Under the pieces are notes generated by a model. The model had not been told where the DNA came from. It saw only the letters and a list, made by a program, of their open reading frames with translations, and did no database searches. From assembly GCA_002269645.1 (NCBI GenBank), contig NIVC01003842.1, positions 10,295 through 74,294 of the forward strand: 64,000 nucleotides of DNA, given 5' to 3'. Below, one piece after another: positions 49,601 through 60,769 of this stretch. This DNA comes from Macrostomum lignano. Taxonomy: Eukaryota. How positions within the stretch are numbered: position 1 is the first letter of the stretch; every line of letters begins with the position of its first letter. Both the position numbers and the translations under genes were made by a program.

Positions 49601-50239
49601 GAAGAGGAAGAGCAGAGGATGCATTCGGAAATCGGATCATATCTGGAAAGAATATCCGAGCTAGAATCGCAGGTCAGTGAAGAACAAATTAGCAGAGTGA
49701 ATCAATTGCAAACTGCTAATACACAACTCACAGACGAGCTAAGCAAGCTAAAGGAAGAAAGGATGCATCTGAACCAAACTGTTGCTGATCTGGAATCAGA
49801 AAAGCTTAAACAACAGCAGGAAATAGAAGTGCGAGATGCGCAACTAATCCAACTCGAAGGTAATGCTGCGCATTATAAGGATGACCTCACTAAAGTATCG
49901 GACGAATTGGTCGAAGCGATGGCGTCAAAAGAGGAACTCGTAAAGAAAATCAGTACAATCGTACTCGCTAAGCAAGATTTTGAAACTCAGATCTCTAAGC
50001 TGACACAGGAAAACTCAAATTTAGATGAGCAGAATAAAAAGCTTATCATGGAAATGGAGCAGTCAGCAGAAGACTTCCGTTCTGCAAAGCAGGAGTTTGA
50101 GCGGTCAGTAAATGCATTAAAGTACGAATTAAAAACTCTGGAGAAATCAAACAGTTATCTGGATGGACAGCTCCGGCAGTCCTCTGAGAAGGCATCAAAT
50201 TTGGAATCCGAACTGCTATTGTTAGACAAAACCTATCAG
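40622..50239 (+). CDS. GOLGB1-like: Giantin-like golgin, exon 7 (giant 9618-bp exon, 3206 codons of coiled coil)
   Basis: CTATTGCAG|GAC acceptor and CAG|GTACAA donor; uninterrupted E/K/L/Q/S heptad-rich ORF. Confidence 0.9.
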
Positions 50240-50448
50240 GTACAAGAATTATATTTGTCTTTTTTCATACAGTTAATAAAAGCTTAAATTATCAGTCGCC
50301 TACCGTATAACAAATTAAAAACAACAGAAAAATTTATACTACGTACAGTACTCACTCTTACGCTCGTATTCATCATTTTGCATTAAGTTAAATTACTGTA
50401 AATCACTGTAACTTGTCGTAACATAAGAATTTTTTTTCTTCTTTTTAG

Positions 50449-53412
50449 GATGCGAAAGTGGACCTATGTGCACAGCTTCAAAGAGCACAAGAGGAATTAC
50501 AGCAAACGCAAAACGAAAATTTGGACCTTCAAGCCCGAGAAAGTGCTTTACTTGATAGTGTCAGCACTCTAACTAAAGAGCGTGACGACACAGCCACTGA
50601 GTGCAATCTCGTAGCCTCAGAAGCTGCCCAGTTAAAAGAAGCCAACTCAGACTTAAATAACAGGCTTGAGAAGGTCTGCGCCGAGCGAGATCGCATGAAA
50701 GAAAAGTGCGCTCGACTTGTGAAACAGTGCCGCATTTTGAAGGAAGCGTCCAAGCAGAGCCAACAACGAGCAGAGACTGCGGACATTTGCTGTCAGACTG
50801 ACGAAACCACTGAGTCAGAGGCTGCAGCTGGTACAGCATCTGCATCAGTATCAGATGCTGCAACTGAAACAGATGTAGTCATCTCTTCTGAGTCTTCATT
50901 TGAACCAGGAAGGTTGATGGTAGATGCTGGTACTGATGCAGAGCCATGTGAACTTGAAAGTCGAGTGTCTGAGCAAGATGTTGAGCAGTTATTATCGTCG
51001 AAGATGTCTCTGACTGAGGAAGTATTCAAGTTGAAGCAGCAGCTCGCAGCTTTGGAGTCATCGAAGCAAGCTGCGGATTCAGAGCTTGACAAAACGATGA
51101 CTGTCATGTCAGCTCACGAAAAGCTTGTTTCAGAACACGAAGTGTTAATATCGGAGCGGGATTCATTGGTGTCGGAACGCGACGCATTGGTCACGGAGCG
51201 CGAAGCCATTCTCTCCGATCGTGAAAGATTTTCATCAGAGCGGGATGCCTTGATAACAGAAAAGGAAGCTTTGGTGCTAGAGCGGGACACCTTGATAAGA
51301 GAACGGGAGACTTTGATATCAGAACGTGACTCCATGGCTACAGAGCGCGAGGCACTAGCCTCAGAGAACGCTCAGCTGATGGAATCCGCCACCCAGTTGA
51401 AGGAGAAGCATGACTCTGTCTGCACCGAGCGAGATCGCATGAAAGAAAAGTGCGCTCGACTTGTGAAACAGTGCCGCATTTTGAAGGAAGCGTCCAAGCA
51501 GAGTCAGCAGCGAGCAGAGTCTGCGGACATGTGCTGTCAGACTGAAGCGACCACTGAGTCAGTAGCTGCAGCTGGTACAGCATCTGCATCAGTATCAGAT
51601 GCTGCAACTGAAACAGATGTTGTCATCTCTTCTGAGTCTTCATTTGAACCAGAAAGGATTGTGGTAGACGCTTGTACTGATGCAGAGCCAAGTGGAATTG
51701 AAAGTCGAGTGTCAGAGCAAGAGGTCGAACAGTTATTATCATCGAAGATGTCACTGACTGAGGAAGTATTCGAGTTGAAGCAGCAACTGGCAGCTTTGGA
51801 GTCATCGAAGCAAGCTGTGGATTCAGAGCTCGACAAAGCAATGACTGTCATGTCAGCTCACGATAAGCTCGTTTCAGAACACGAAGTGTTAATATCGCAG
51901 CGTGATTCGTTGGTGTCGGAACGTGATGCATTGGTCACTGAGCGCGAAGCCATGCTCTCTGATTATGGAAGTTTATCATCAGAGCGGGACGCCTTGATGA
52001 AAGAACGGGAAACTTTGATGTCAGAACGCAACGATTTTGCGTCAGAACGTGACTCCATGGCTACAGAGCGCGAAGCATTAGCCTCAGAGAACGCCCAGCT
52101 GATGGAATCCGCCACTCAATTGAAGGAGAAGCATGACTCTGTGTGCACCGAGCGAGATCGCATGAAAGAAAAGTGCGCTCGACTCGTGAAACAGTGCCGC
52201 ATTTTGAAGGAAGCATCCAAGCAGAGTCACCAGCAAACAGAAACTGCGGACATGTGCTGCCAGACTGAAGCCGCCACCGAGTCAGTGGCTGCAGCTGGTA
52301 CATCATCTGCATCAGTATCAGACGCCGCAACTGAAACAGTTATGATAATCTCTTCAGAGTCGTCATTTGAACCAGAAAGGATGATGGTAGATGCTTGTAC
52401 TGATGCAGAGCCATGTGAACTTGAAAGTCGAGTGTCAGAGCAAGAGGTTGAGCATTTATTATTGTCCAAGATGTCTCTAACTGAGGAAGTCTTCGATTTA
52501 AAGCAGCAGCTTGCAGCTTTGGAGACATCAAAGCAAACTGCGGATTCAGAGCTTGAAAGAGCAATAAGTCTAATGTCCGAGCGGGATAGTTTAGCATCAC
52601 AGTGCGATTCTGTAATATTGGAGCGCGACGCACTAATTTCCGAACGTGAACGCCTGATCGCTGATCTAGAAAGCCTAGTATCCTCTCGCGATGCTCTGCT
52701 ATCAGAGCGTGACTCTCTGGTAACAGAAGGCGATACTCTAGTATCAGAACGTGCTTCCCTGGTGACAGAACTTGACTCTGTAACAACAGAGCGCGAAACA
52801 CTAGCCTCAGAAAACGCCCAAATAATGGAATCCGCCGCCCAGTTAAGGGAAAAGCATGACTCAGTGTGCACAGAGCGAGATCGGATGAAAGAAAAGTGCG
52901 CTCGACTCGTTAAACAGTGTCGCAATCTGAAGGAGGCTTCAAAGCAGAGTCAGCATCGAGCAGAGATTGCAGAATTCAGCTCTCAGACTGAACCGGACAC
53001 CGTGTCTTTGGCTGCCGCGGGCGCTGTACTGACATCTGATGGTGGACCAATGCCTTCAGTGACTCAAATAAATGTATCTACAGAAACCGATCTACTGTTG
53101 CAGCCAGAAAGACCGTTGGTAGATGTTGCCACTGATGACGAATGGACTGGTGCTCTTACTAAAAGTTCAAAGCGCGAGTCAGAGAGCTTGTTAGCATCAA
53201 AGATTTCCCTAGGAGAGGAGGTATCTGAATTGAAGAATCAACTCACCGAATCCGAGGCTGCTAGAAAGCTTGCAGAGTCTCAGCTGGAGAAATCATTGCA
53301 AAAACTACAAATAGTTGAGAATCTAGCGCAGCATGTGTCAAGTGAAGAGACACAGATTGAAGAGTTTCCGGAGTTGGAGACTGTGGTCAGCTCAGTTCGT
53401 GTCGCCCTACTT
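50449..53412 (+). CDS. GOLGB1-like: Giantin-like golgin, exon 8 (four repeat modules)
   Basis: T-rich tract TTTTTAG|GAT acceptor and CTT|GTAAGT donor; 988 codons, phase 0. Confidence 0.9.
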
Positions 53413-53499
53413 GTAAGTACTTCTTCCAAGTTTTGTACTCGTATCTATTTTTAGCGATATTTCGGTTTTTATTTTATTGTTTTCTTCTCAATTTTTTAG

Positions 53500-56271
53500 A
53501 ACACTCATTCCGCTAGGAGTCTTCAACAGTCGGAAATAGAACAGCTGCAATCAACGTTAAATGGCTTGGAAAATATCCGGGACTCATTAACCAGCGAGCG
53601 CGACGCCTTGGCATCAGAACTACAAGCAATGGCGTCGCAACTTGAAGACATCGCAACTGAACGTGATTCGCTGAAGATGGATTGCAGCCTATTATCTTCT
53701 GAACGGGACACCTTGGCGTCAGAAAAAGTTCAGCTGATGGAATCTACCTCTCAAATGAAGGAGCAGCATGACGCGGTCTGCGCCGAGCGAGATCGCATGA
53801 AAGAAAAGTGCGCTCGACTTGTGAAACAGTGCCGCATTTTGAAGGAAGCGTCCAAGCAGAGCCAACAACGAGCAGAGACTGCGGACATTTGCTGTCAGAC
53901 TGACGAAACCACTGAGTCAGAGGCTGCAGCTGGTACAGCATCTGCATCAGTATCAGATGCTGCAACTGAAACAGATGTAGTCATCTCTTCTGAGTCTTCA
54001 TTTGAACCAGGAAGGTTGATGGTAGATGCTGGTACTGATGCAGAGCCATGTGAACTTGAAAGTCGAGTGTCTGAGCAAGATGTTGAGCAGTTATTATCGT
54101 CGAAGATGTCTCTGACTGAGGAAGTATTCAAGTTGAAGCAGCAGCTCGCAGCTTTGGAGTCATCGAAGCAAGCTGCGGATTCAGAGCTTGACAAAGCGAT
54201 GACTGTCATGTCAGCTCACGAAAAGCTTGTTTCAGAACACGAAGTGTTAATATCGGAGCGGGATTCATTGGTGTCGGAACGCGACGCATTGGTCACGGAG
54301 CGCGAAGCCTTGCTCTCGGATTATGGAAATTTGTCATCAGAGCGGGACGCCTTGATAAAAGAACGGGAGATTTTGGTATCAGAACGGAACGACTTTGCGT
54401 CAGAGCGTGACTTCATGGCTACAGAGCGCGAGGCACTAGCCTCAGAGAACGCTCAGCTGATGGAATCCGCCACCCAGTTGAAGGAGAAGCATGACGCAGT
54501 GTGCACCGAGCGAGATCGCATGAAAGAAAAGTGCGCTCGACTCGTGAAACAGTGCCGCATTTTAAAGGAAGCATCCAAGCAGAGCCAACAACGAGCAGAG
54601 ACTGCGGACATGTGCTGTCAGACTGAGACGACCACCGAATCAGTGGCTGCAGCTGGTACAGCATCTGCATCAGTATCAGATGCTAAAAATAAAACGAATA
54701 TGATTATCTCTTCTGAGTCGTCATTCGAACCAGAGAGGATTATGGTAGACGCGTGTACTGATGCAGAGCCAAGTGGACTTGAAGGTCGAGTGTCCGAGCA
54801 AGAGATTGAGCAGTTATTATCATCCAAGGTGTCACTGACTGAGGAAGTCTTCGAGTTGAAACAGCAGCTCGCAGCTTTGGAGTCATCGAAGCAAGCTGTG
54901 GATTCAGAGCTCGACAAAGCAATGACTGCCATGTCAGCTCATGAAAATCTCGTTTCAGAGCGAGACAATTTACTGTCTGAACGGGAGAAGCTTGTCTCAA
55001 TGTACAATAGTTTACTGTTAGAGCGTGACACGTTGATTAAAGAGCGCTCAGCTACGATCTCTGAGCTTGAAAACCTAGTATTAGAACGAAACGCTCTGGT
55101 TTCGGAACGTGACACGCTTGCGTTAGAGCGGAATACTTTAGCTTCAGAGAACGCTGCTCTGATGGAATCTGCCACCCAGTTGAAGGAAAAGCATGACGCA
55201 GTCTGTACTGAGCAAGATCGCATGAAAGAAAAGTGCGCTCGACTTGTGAAACAGTGCCGCATTTTGAAGGAAGCGTCCAAGCAGAGTCATCAGCGAGCAG
55301 AGACTGCGGACATTGGCTGTCAGATTGAAACAGCCACTGAGTCAGTAACTGCAGCTAGTGCGACAGCTACATCAGATGCTGCAACTGAAACAGATGTCAT
55401 CTCTTCCGACTCTTTATTCGAACCAGTAAGGGTGATGGTTGATGCTAGTACTGATGTGGAATTCAATGAAGTTCACAGTCGAGTGTCCGAACAAGAAGTT
55501 GAGCAGTTATTGTTCTCTAGGATGGCACTGACTGAAGAAGTATTCGAGTTAAAACAACAACTCGCGGCTTCAGAAGCATCCAGAAAAACGACAGATTCTG
55601 AACTTGCTAAAGTGAAGGTTCTAAACTCAGATCGAGAGGATTCAGTTTTAGATGGAGACACTTTGGTATTAAAGCGAGATTCGTTGTTAACCCAACGGGA
55701 CAGCATACTTTTAGAGCGAGACACTTTGATTGCAGAGCGAGAGTCAATGCTTTCCGATCGGGAAAATTTAGTCGCAGAGCGGGACGCTTTAGCCTCTGAG
55801 AACGCTGCTCTAATGGAATCTTCTACCCAGTTGAAAGTGACGCACGAGGAAGTCAGCACCGAGCGAGATCGCATGAAAGAAAAATGTGCCCGGCTTGTAA
55901 AACAGTGCCGAATTCTGAAAGAGGCAGCCAGGCAGAGTCAGCAGCGAGCAGAGACTGCGGAATGCAGCTGTCAGACCGAACCAGAAAGGGAGTCAGCGAC
56001 TCTATCTGACGCAACCACCGCTTCAAATGCTAGACCGGACGTTTCAGTTGCCGATGCATCAACAGAAACGGTTGCACTTTTACCTCCCGAGGCTTCATTC
56101 GAAAAAGAGAACCCGACAATTTCTGAGTCGCAGACCATTGAAGTTTTCTATCGCGTGTTTGACGATGCTATTAGAGCTGCTGGACTTTCATACCGCGAAG
56201 TGAGTCTCCCATCTCCGCCCTCGTTGTTGTCAATGTCCGAGCTTTCAGAATGGATTACTAACCTTGTTAGC
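53500..56271 (+). CDS. GOLGB1-like: Giantin-like golgin, exon 9 (four repeat modules)
   Basis: TTTTTTAG|AAC acceptor and AGC|GTAAGT donor; 924 codons, phase 0. Confidence 0.9.
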
Positions 56272-56362
56272 GTAAGTTTCAATGAGTTTTCGTTTTTTTG
56301 TACTGAAATTTCTTCACTTTATACTGCAATTTTAAGACATTTTTGTCATTATTCTTATACAG

Positions 56363-56782
56363 TGCGTGGCCAGTCAGCATCAACAGTTGGTAAATACTGG
56401 CGAGCGCTGCGAAGGCTTGGAGCAGACTATCGCCGAGAAAGAGGAGTCCCTAACTGAGATGATGGAGCGCCTTGAGATAGCCAACAAGCGAGCGATTACC
56501 ACAGGCTCCGCCAGTTGGATTTCCAGCCGTCCTGCCACCTCGGTTGCCAGCCGTCAAGTTGAATGCGACCTTACTCAGCCGCTTATTGATGAGCTGGAGG
56601 CGACGCTGGCTAAACGCGACGGCAAAATTGCCGCTATGGAGCGGGACAGTCGCGAACTCAACCGAAAGCTGGAGTCCCATCTGCAAACTATGCGTCGAAT
56701 GGAAGCTCGACTCCAGGCTTCGAGTCGAATGCTGCGCACTAGGCTGGTTGATAGCGCCGAGGCTGAGCAACTGGCGGTTGAG
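56363..56782 (+). CDS. GOLGB1-like: Giantin-like golgin, exon 10
   Basis: CTTATACAG|TGC acceptor and GAG|GTTGGT donor; 140 codons. Confidence 0.83.
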
Positions 56783-57164
56783 GTTGGTGCAGTGCTTTTG
56801 TAGGGGTTTTTAAAAACGGTGCTCACCTAACACTAGAAAAATTTCGGAAAGCTTGGAAAAACTGCTATAGCAGCATTCCAACGAAGCTCTCTACGTTTGT
56901 ACATTTTAAAAGAGGATGTCAACTTTTGCGGCGAAGTAAAGCTCTGGACCCAACCAACTACATTTTTTATAACTTTTCGGATCAATTAACAACTTGTAAA
57001 GAAACGCCAAGGCATCTCATCTGGTTCGCTCCTTTGTGCTCCCAGGGTTTGTTGGTCCAGAGCTTTACTTTCGACTCCATACGGGTGCTCAAGTTGACAT
57101 CCACTATCTGTTTATTGACGTTTCTAATTGATACGTCGTAGAAACGTCACAAATCTATTAATTG

Positions 57165-57430
57165 GGGGATTTAGCCTAGTGGTTAGAGCGTCGGACTCAC
57201 GACTTAAAGGTCGGGGGTTCGATTCCCGATCTCACTGGAACAATTTGTGCTCTTGAGCAAGACGCTTAACTCTGCATCGCTTCAGTTCACCCAGCTGTAA
57301 AATGGGTGCTAGCATTAGCTGGGGTAATTGAGGCTGTGTGGCGACCCCCCCCCCCCAGTCCTTGGGCTGAACAGCCGTACGCAGCCTTCAGATGCGCCGC
57401 ACAATAGCTGCGGCTGAGCTGTCGGTTGTA
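57165..57430 (+). mobile_element. tRNA-derived SINE with a CORE-like domain (copy 2), followed by an (ATT/ATC)n tail to ~57535
   Basis: A box TAGCCTAGTGGT and B box GGTTCGATTCC; the body is collinear with 38001-38256. Confidence 0.85.
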
Positions 57431-57751
57431 TATCTTCCCAATCGGGGTAGGTGTAATCAGTTATTATTATTATTATTATTATTATCATCATCATTATTAT
57501 CATTATCATCATCGTCATGATTATCATTATCATTAATAAATGATAGAACCGCTTACTGCTTACTGTTTTACGATATGAAAGATCCAGTTTGTTAAATTTC
57601 TAATTAATGAAGTTAAGCAGTGCTTTTACATTCTGAAAGTTCTAGTTTCTGAAGCGATCTCACCCCAATGCCATCCAGCTGTCTTTAGCTCTTTCTTAAC
57701 CTTATTATACACAATAAATCATATTGAAAAGGCCTCTTCAATCAATTCCAG

Positions 57752-60700
57752 GTGGAGTCTTTGTTCGCGCAGCTCGACGCAGCCGAAGAAGAGGTTGGCC
57801 AGCTGCGCTTGACCCTGCGGGACCGGGACAATGAGCTGCTCCGGCTAGCCGACCAGCTGCGCGTCGAATCCGAGGCCAAGCGGCTCGACCTGTCAACTAT
57901 GCGCGAGCAGTCCCTTCTGTACGAGGCGGAGGTGCGTCGCCTACGCTTTGAATTAGACGCCAAAGAGGAGATGCTGACGCTGACTCGCGAGGCCGCCACC
58001 CCCGCAGCCGCCGCGTCCACTTCGTCGGGTTGCAGCGGAGAGGACACGGCGGGGGATGGGGAGCTGGACAATAGTGCCGCATTTTATAAGCGCCGTACGG
58101 ACGAACTCACTGTTGAACTCAACAATGCTAGAAATTCTATTCAGCGGCTGACTGGCGAGTTAAAGGAAAATTCTATTGCGGCTGAAGCTGCCGTTGAAAA
58201 ACTGCGCGCCGAGCTGTCGGTCACCGTTGAAAGCAAAGAGTTACTAAACAGAGAATTAATTGAAGTCAAAACTGCTTGCGACAGTTTGACTATTGAAATA
58301 GCCGAAGCCAAAGAAGATGGAAGCATTATAGAAAAGCTTAACTCAGAATTGGCAACGGCCTCAGATGACAAAGAGTTGTTGAACAAAGAGCTGTTTGAAG
58401 CTAAAGCTACAATTGACAATTTGACCGCTGAATTGGCTAAAACAAAGACTGAACTCGAGCTTGTGGGGGATTCTAATTCAAAACTGACCAATGCCATCAG
58501 AGACAAGGAGTTACTAAGCGAAGAATTAAGTGAAGCTAAAGCTACAATTGACAATCTGACTGCTGAATTGGCTAAAACAAAGACCAAAGTGGACGGCGAT
58601 GCTAGTGAAGCGCTGGGCAATTTAAACTCTGAATTGACGGTCGCTTTAGAAGAAAAAGAAAAAGAACTAAGCGAGACAAAAGTTCTAATAGACAATTTGA
58701 CGGCCGAATTGACCAAAGCCAAAGAAGACATGGTTATTGAATCTACAGAAACTAGAAGCATCATTGAACAACTTGCAAAGGACAAGGAAAATTTAAATCA
58801 ACAGCTGACTGCGGCTAACAATGGAATTGACAGTTTAAACATCGAATTTGTCAGGACTAAGGAGGATTTGAATAATAGACTGGCTGAAGCTGAATGCACG
58901 ATCGATAATCTGCGCTCTGAGCTGGCCAGTGCGGCTACCGCTAAAGATAATTTATGCAACGAATTGGCAGAAGCTAAAATATTAATCGATGAGCTGAGAA
59001 ATGAGCAAAAAGAAGTTGAAAAACCTACTTTGGCTACTGTAAGTCGCGCCAGCCAGACTGAAGCGGTCCCGGAAGCTGCAGGTCTCGAACAGCAGCGACT
59101 GTATGGCGCTGGTCAGGACACCGCCGATGGTGAAAGCGAAGCCAGTCTGCGCAGTCGTTTGGCTGAGAAAGAGCGCCTCGAGCAGCGCTACGCCGCACTA
59201 GTTAAGAAGCTGCGACAGCAGCGACAGGAGACACTACAGCAGCACCGTAGTCAGCTGGCTGAAGTTCAGTCAGCAGCCGCTGCCGAGGTGGACGAGCTGC
59301 GTCGACGATTGGAAGCCAGCGAAGCTGAGCTCGATTCGGCACGGATGTCCCTGGCTTTAGCACCGCCACCGCCGCCACCTCCGCCGCCTCCGCCTCAGCA
59401 GCAGGCAGCCGAATCGGAGTTGCAGTCTCTGCGTGCTGTGCACTCGCGATGTCAAGGGCAGCTGGACCAGGTTCGAGCCGAGCGCAATCGAATTCAACAG
59501 GAGTTCGACAGGCTGCGGCGGCGGCTAGAAGAGAGGCCTTTGTCGTCAACTCCGCCACCACCGCCTTCGCAGCCGATCGAGCGCTTACAGCGGTCTTCAT
59601 CTCCGACGCCGTCACCGCCGCCAATGCATGCGCCAACAGCTGAAGCATCGGCGGTTGATGCCGCTGCGGCTGCAGCAGCCGAGGATGAAGTTCTAACACT
59701 GCGCTCCGAGAACGAAGGCTTGCGCTTTAAAGTGAGCGTGCTAGAGACCAAAGCCAAGAAGATGGAGTTCCGACTTAGGGCTGAACGCGACAAGATTGAC
59801 AAGCTGCAGCTGCGGCTCGACGAGAAAGACGTGGAACTGGACCAGCTGGTTGACAAGCTTCGCGCCAGCCGGGGCCAGCTCGAATCCGAGCGCAGTCGAC
59901 ACCTCAACGAAGCCAAACGGCTCAGCGCAGCGCTTGAGGCTGAAGAGGCTCGGGCCGGCAAGCTCGAGCGTCGACTACGCGACGGCAGCTCCGAGTCGGC
60001 GACGGCCGCCCTCGCCGAGGAGGCGGCTGCGGCTCGCGAAGCAAAACGCCAATCGGAGCAGCGCCTGCTAGCAGAGGCGGCCGATCTGCGCGGCCAGCTG
60101 GACGAATTGGCGGCCGACAATCGCGATTTGCGCAGCCGACTTGAAGCGGCCGCCCCGTCTGGCTCTGGCGCCTCCGCCGGGGTCAGCGCGAGCGACTGTG
60201 CCGAGTGTAGGCGTCTGCGCGAGGCTGTCCGAGTGCTGGAGCTTCAACAGGCCTCGCGACGTAGCAGGCGGCCAACTTGCGAGACCAAGTCTGTTGGCAC
60301 CGAGGCGGTGTCAGTTGATGAGGCTGCCTGTCAGACATTGGAACCTGAAGAAGAGAATGATGCAATGCAGCGGCGATTAAACGAGCTGGAGTTGGCGGCT
60401 GTGGAGTGCGAGTCGCTTCGGGCTCTGGTGAAGCAGATGGAGGAGTCTGCGGCGCCTTGTGCTCCAACGCCGACACCGCAGCCGCTGCGACCGTCGCCAT
60501 CGCCGCCGCCTCCAGACTCGGAGGACACTTTGTCGGCGTCTCAATCAGCTTTGGACGAGTCATCAGTGCTGATTCCAATGCTGATGGACGAGCAGCAGGC
60601 CCCCGCGGGCTTACAATCGACAACAACACCAACGATGGCGTTGGTTCGACGACTTCGTCGATGCCTTCAACCGTGGCGATCGTTGAGGCTTCGGCCGAGC

Positions 60701-60769
60701 GCGCGCAACGCCGTCATCGCATATTTGTTTGGCCTGCACTGCCTGTTGCTGTACTGGTTGCTGCTCTGA
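57752..60769 (+). CDS. GOLGB1-like: Giantin-like golgin, exon 11 (terminal); C-terminal tail-anchor transmembrane domain
   Basis: AATTCCAG|GTG acceptor; 1005 codons. Ends RNAVIAYLFGLHCLLLYWLLL*, with the Tyr..His pattern of the giantin/golgin-84/CASP transmembrane domain. Joined CDS is 19905 nt (6634 aa). Confidence 0.88.
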   Translation: MESLFAQLDAAEEEVGQLRLTLRDRDNELLRLADQLRVESEAKRLDLSTMREQSLLYEAEVRRLRFELDAKEEMLTLTREAATPAAAASTSSGCSGEDTAGDGELDNSAAFYKRRTDELTVELNNARNSIQRLTGELKENSIAAEAAVEKLRAELSVTVESKELLNRELIEVKTACDSLTIEIAEAKEDGSIIEKLNSELATASDDKELLNKELFEAKATIDNLTAELAKTKTELELVGDSNSKLTNAIRDKELLSEELSEAKATIDNLTAELAKTKTKVDGDASEALGNLNSELTVALEEKEKELSETKVLIDNLTAELTKAKEDMVIESTETRSIIEQLAKDKENLNQQLTAANNGIDSLNIEFVRTKEDLNNRLAEAECTIDNLRSELASAATAKDNLCNELAEAKILIDELRNEQKEVEKPTLATVSRASQTEAVPEAAGLEQQRLYGAGQDTADGESEASLRSRLAEKERLEQRYAALVKKLRQQRQETLQQHRSQLAEVQSAAAAEVDELRRRLEASEAELDSARMSLALAPPPPPPPPPPPQQQAAESELQSLRAVHSRCQGQLDQVRAERNRIQQEFDRLRRRLEERPLSSTPPPPPSQPIERLQRSSSPTPSPPPMHAPTAEASAVDAAAAAAAEDEVLTLRSENEGLRFKVSVLETKAKKMEFRLRAERDKIDKLQLRLDEKDVELDQLVDKLRASRGQLESERSRHLNEAKRLSAALEAEEARAGKLERRLRDGSSESATAALAEEAAAAREAKRQSEQRLLAEAADLRGQLDELAADNRDLRSRLEAAAPSGSGASAGVSASDCAECRRLREAVRVLELQQASRRSRRPTCETKSVGTEAVSVDEAACQTLEPEEENDAMQRRLNELELAAVECESLRALVKQMEESAAPCAPTPTPQPLRPSPSPPPPDSEDTLSASQSALDESSVLIPMLMDEQQAPAGLQSTTTPTMALVRRLRRCLQPWRSLRLRPSARNAVIAYLFGLHCLLLYWLLL

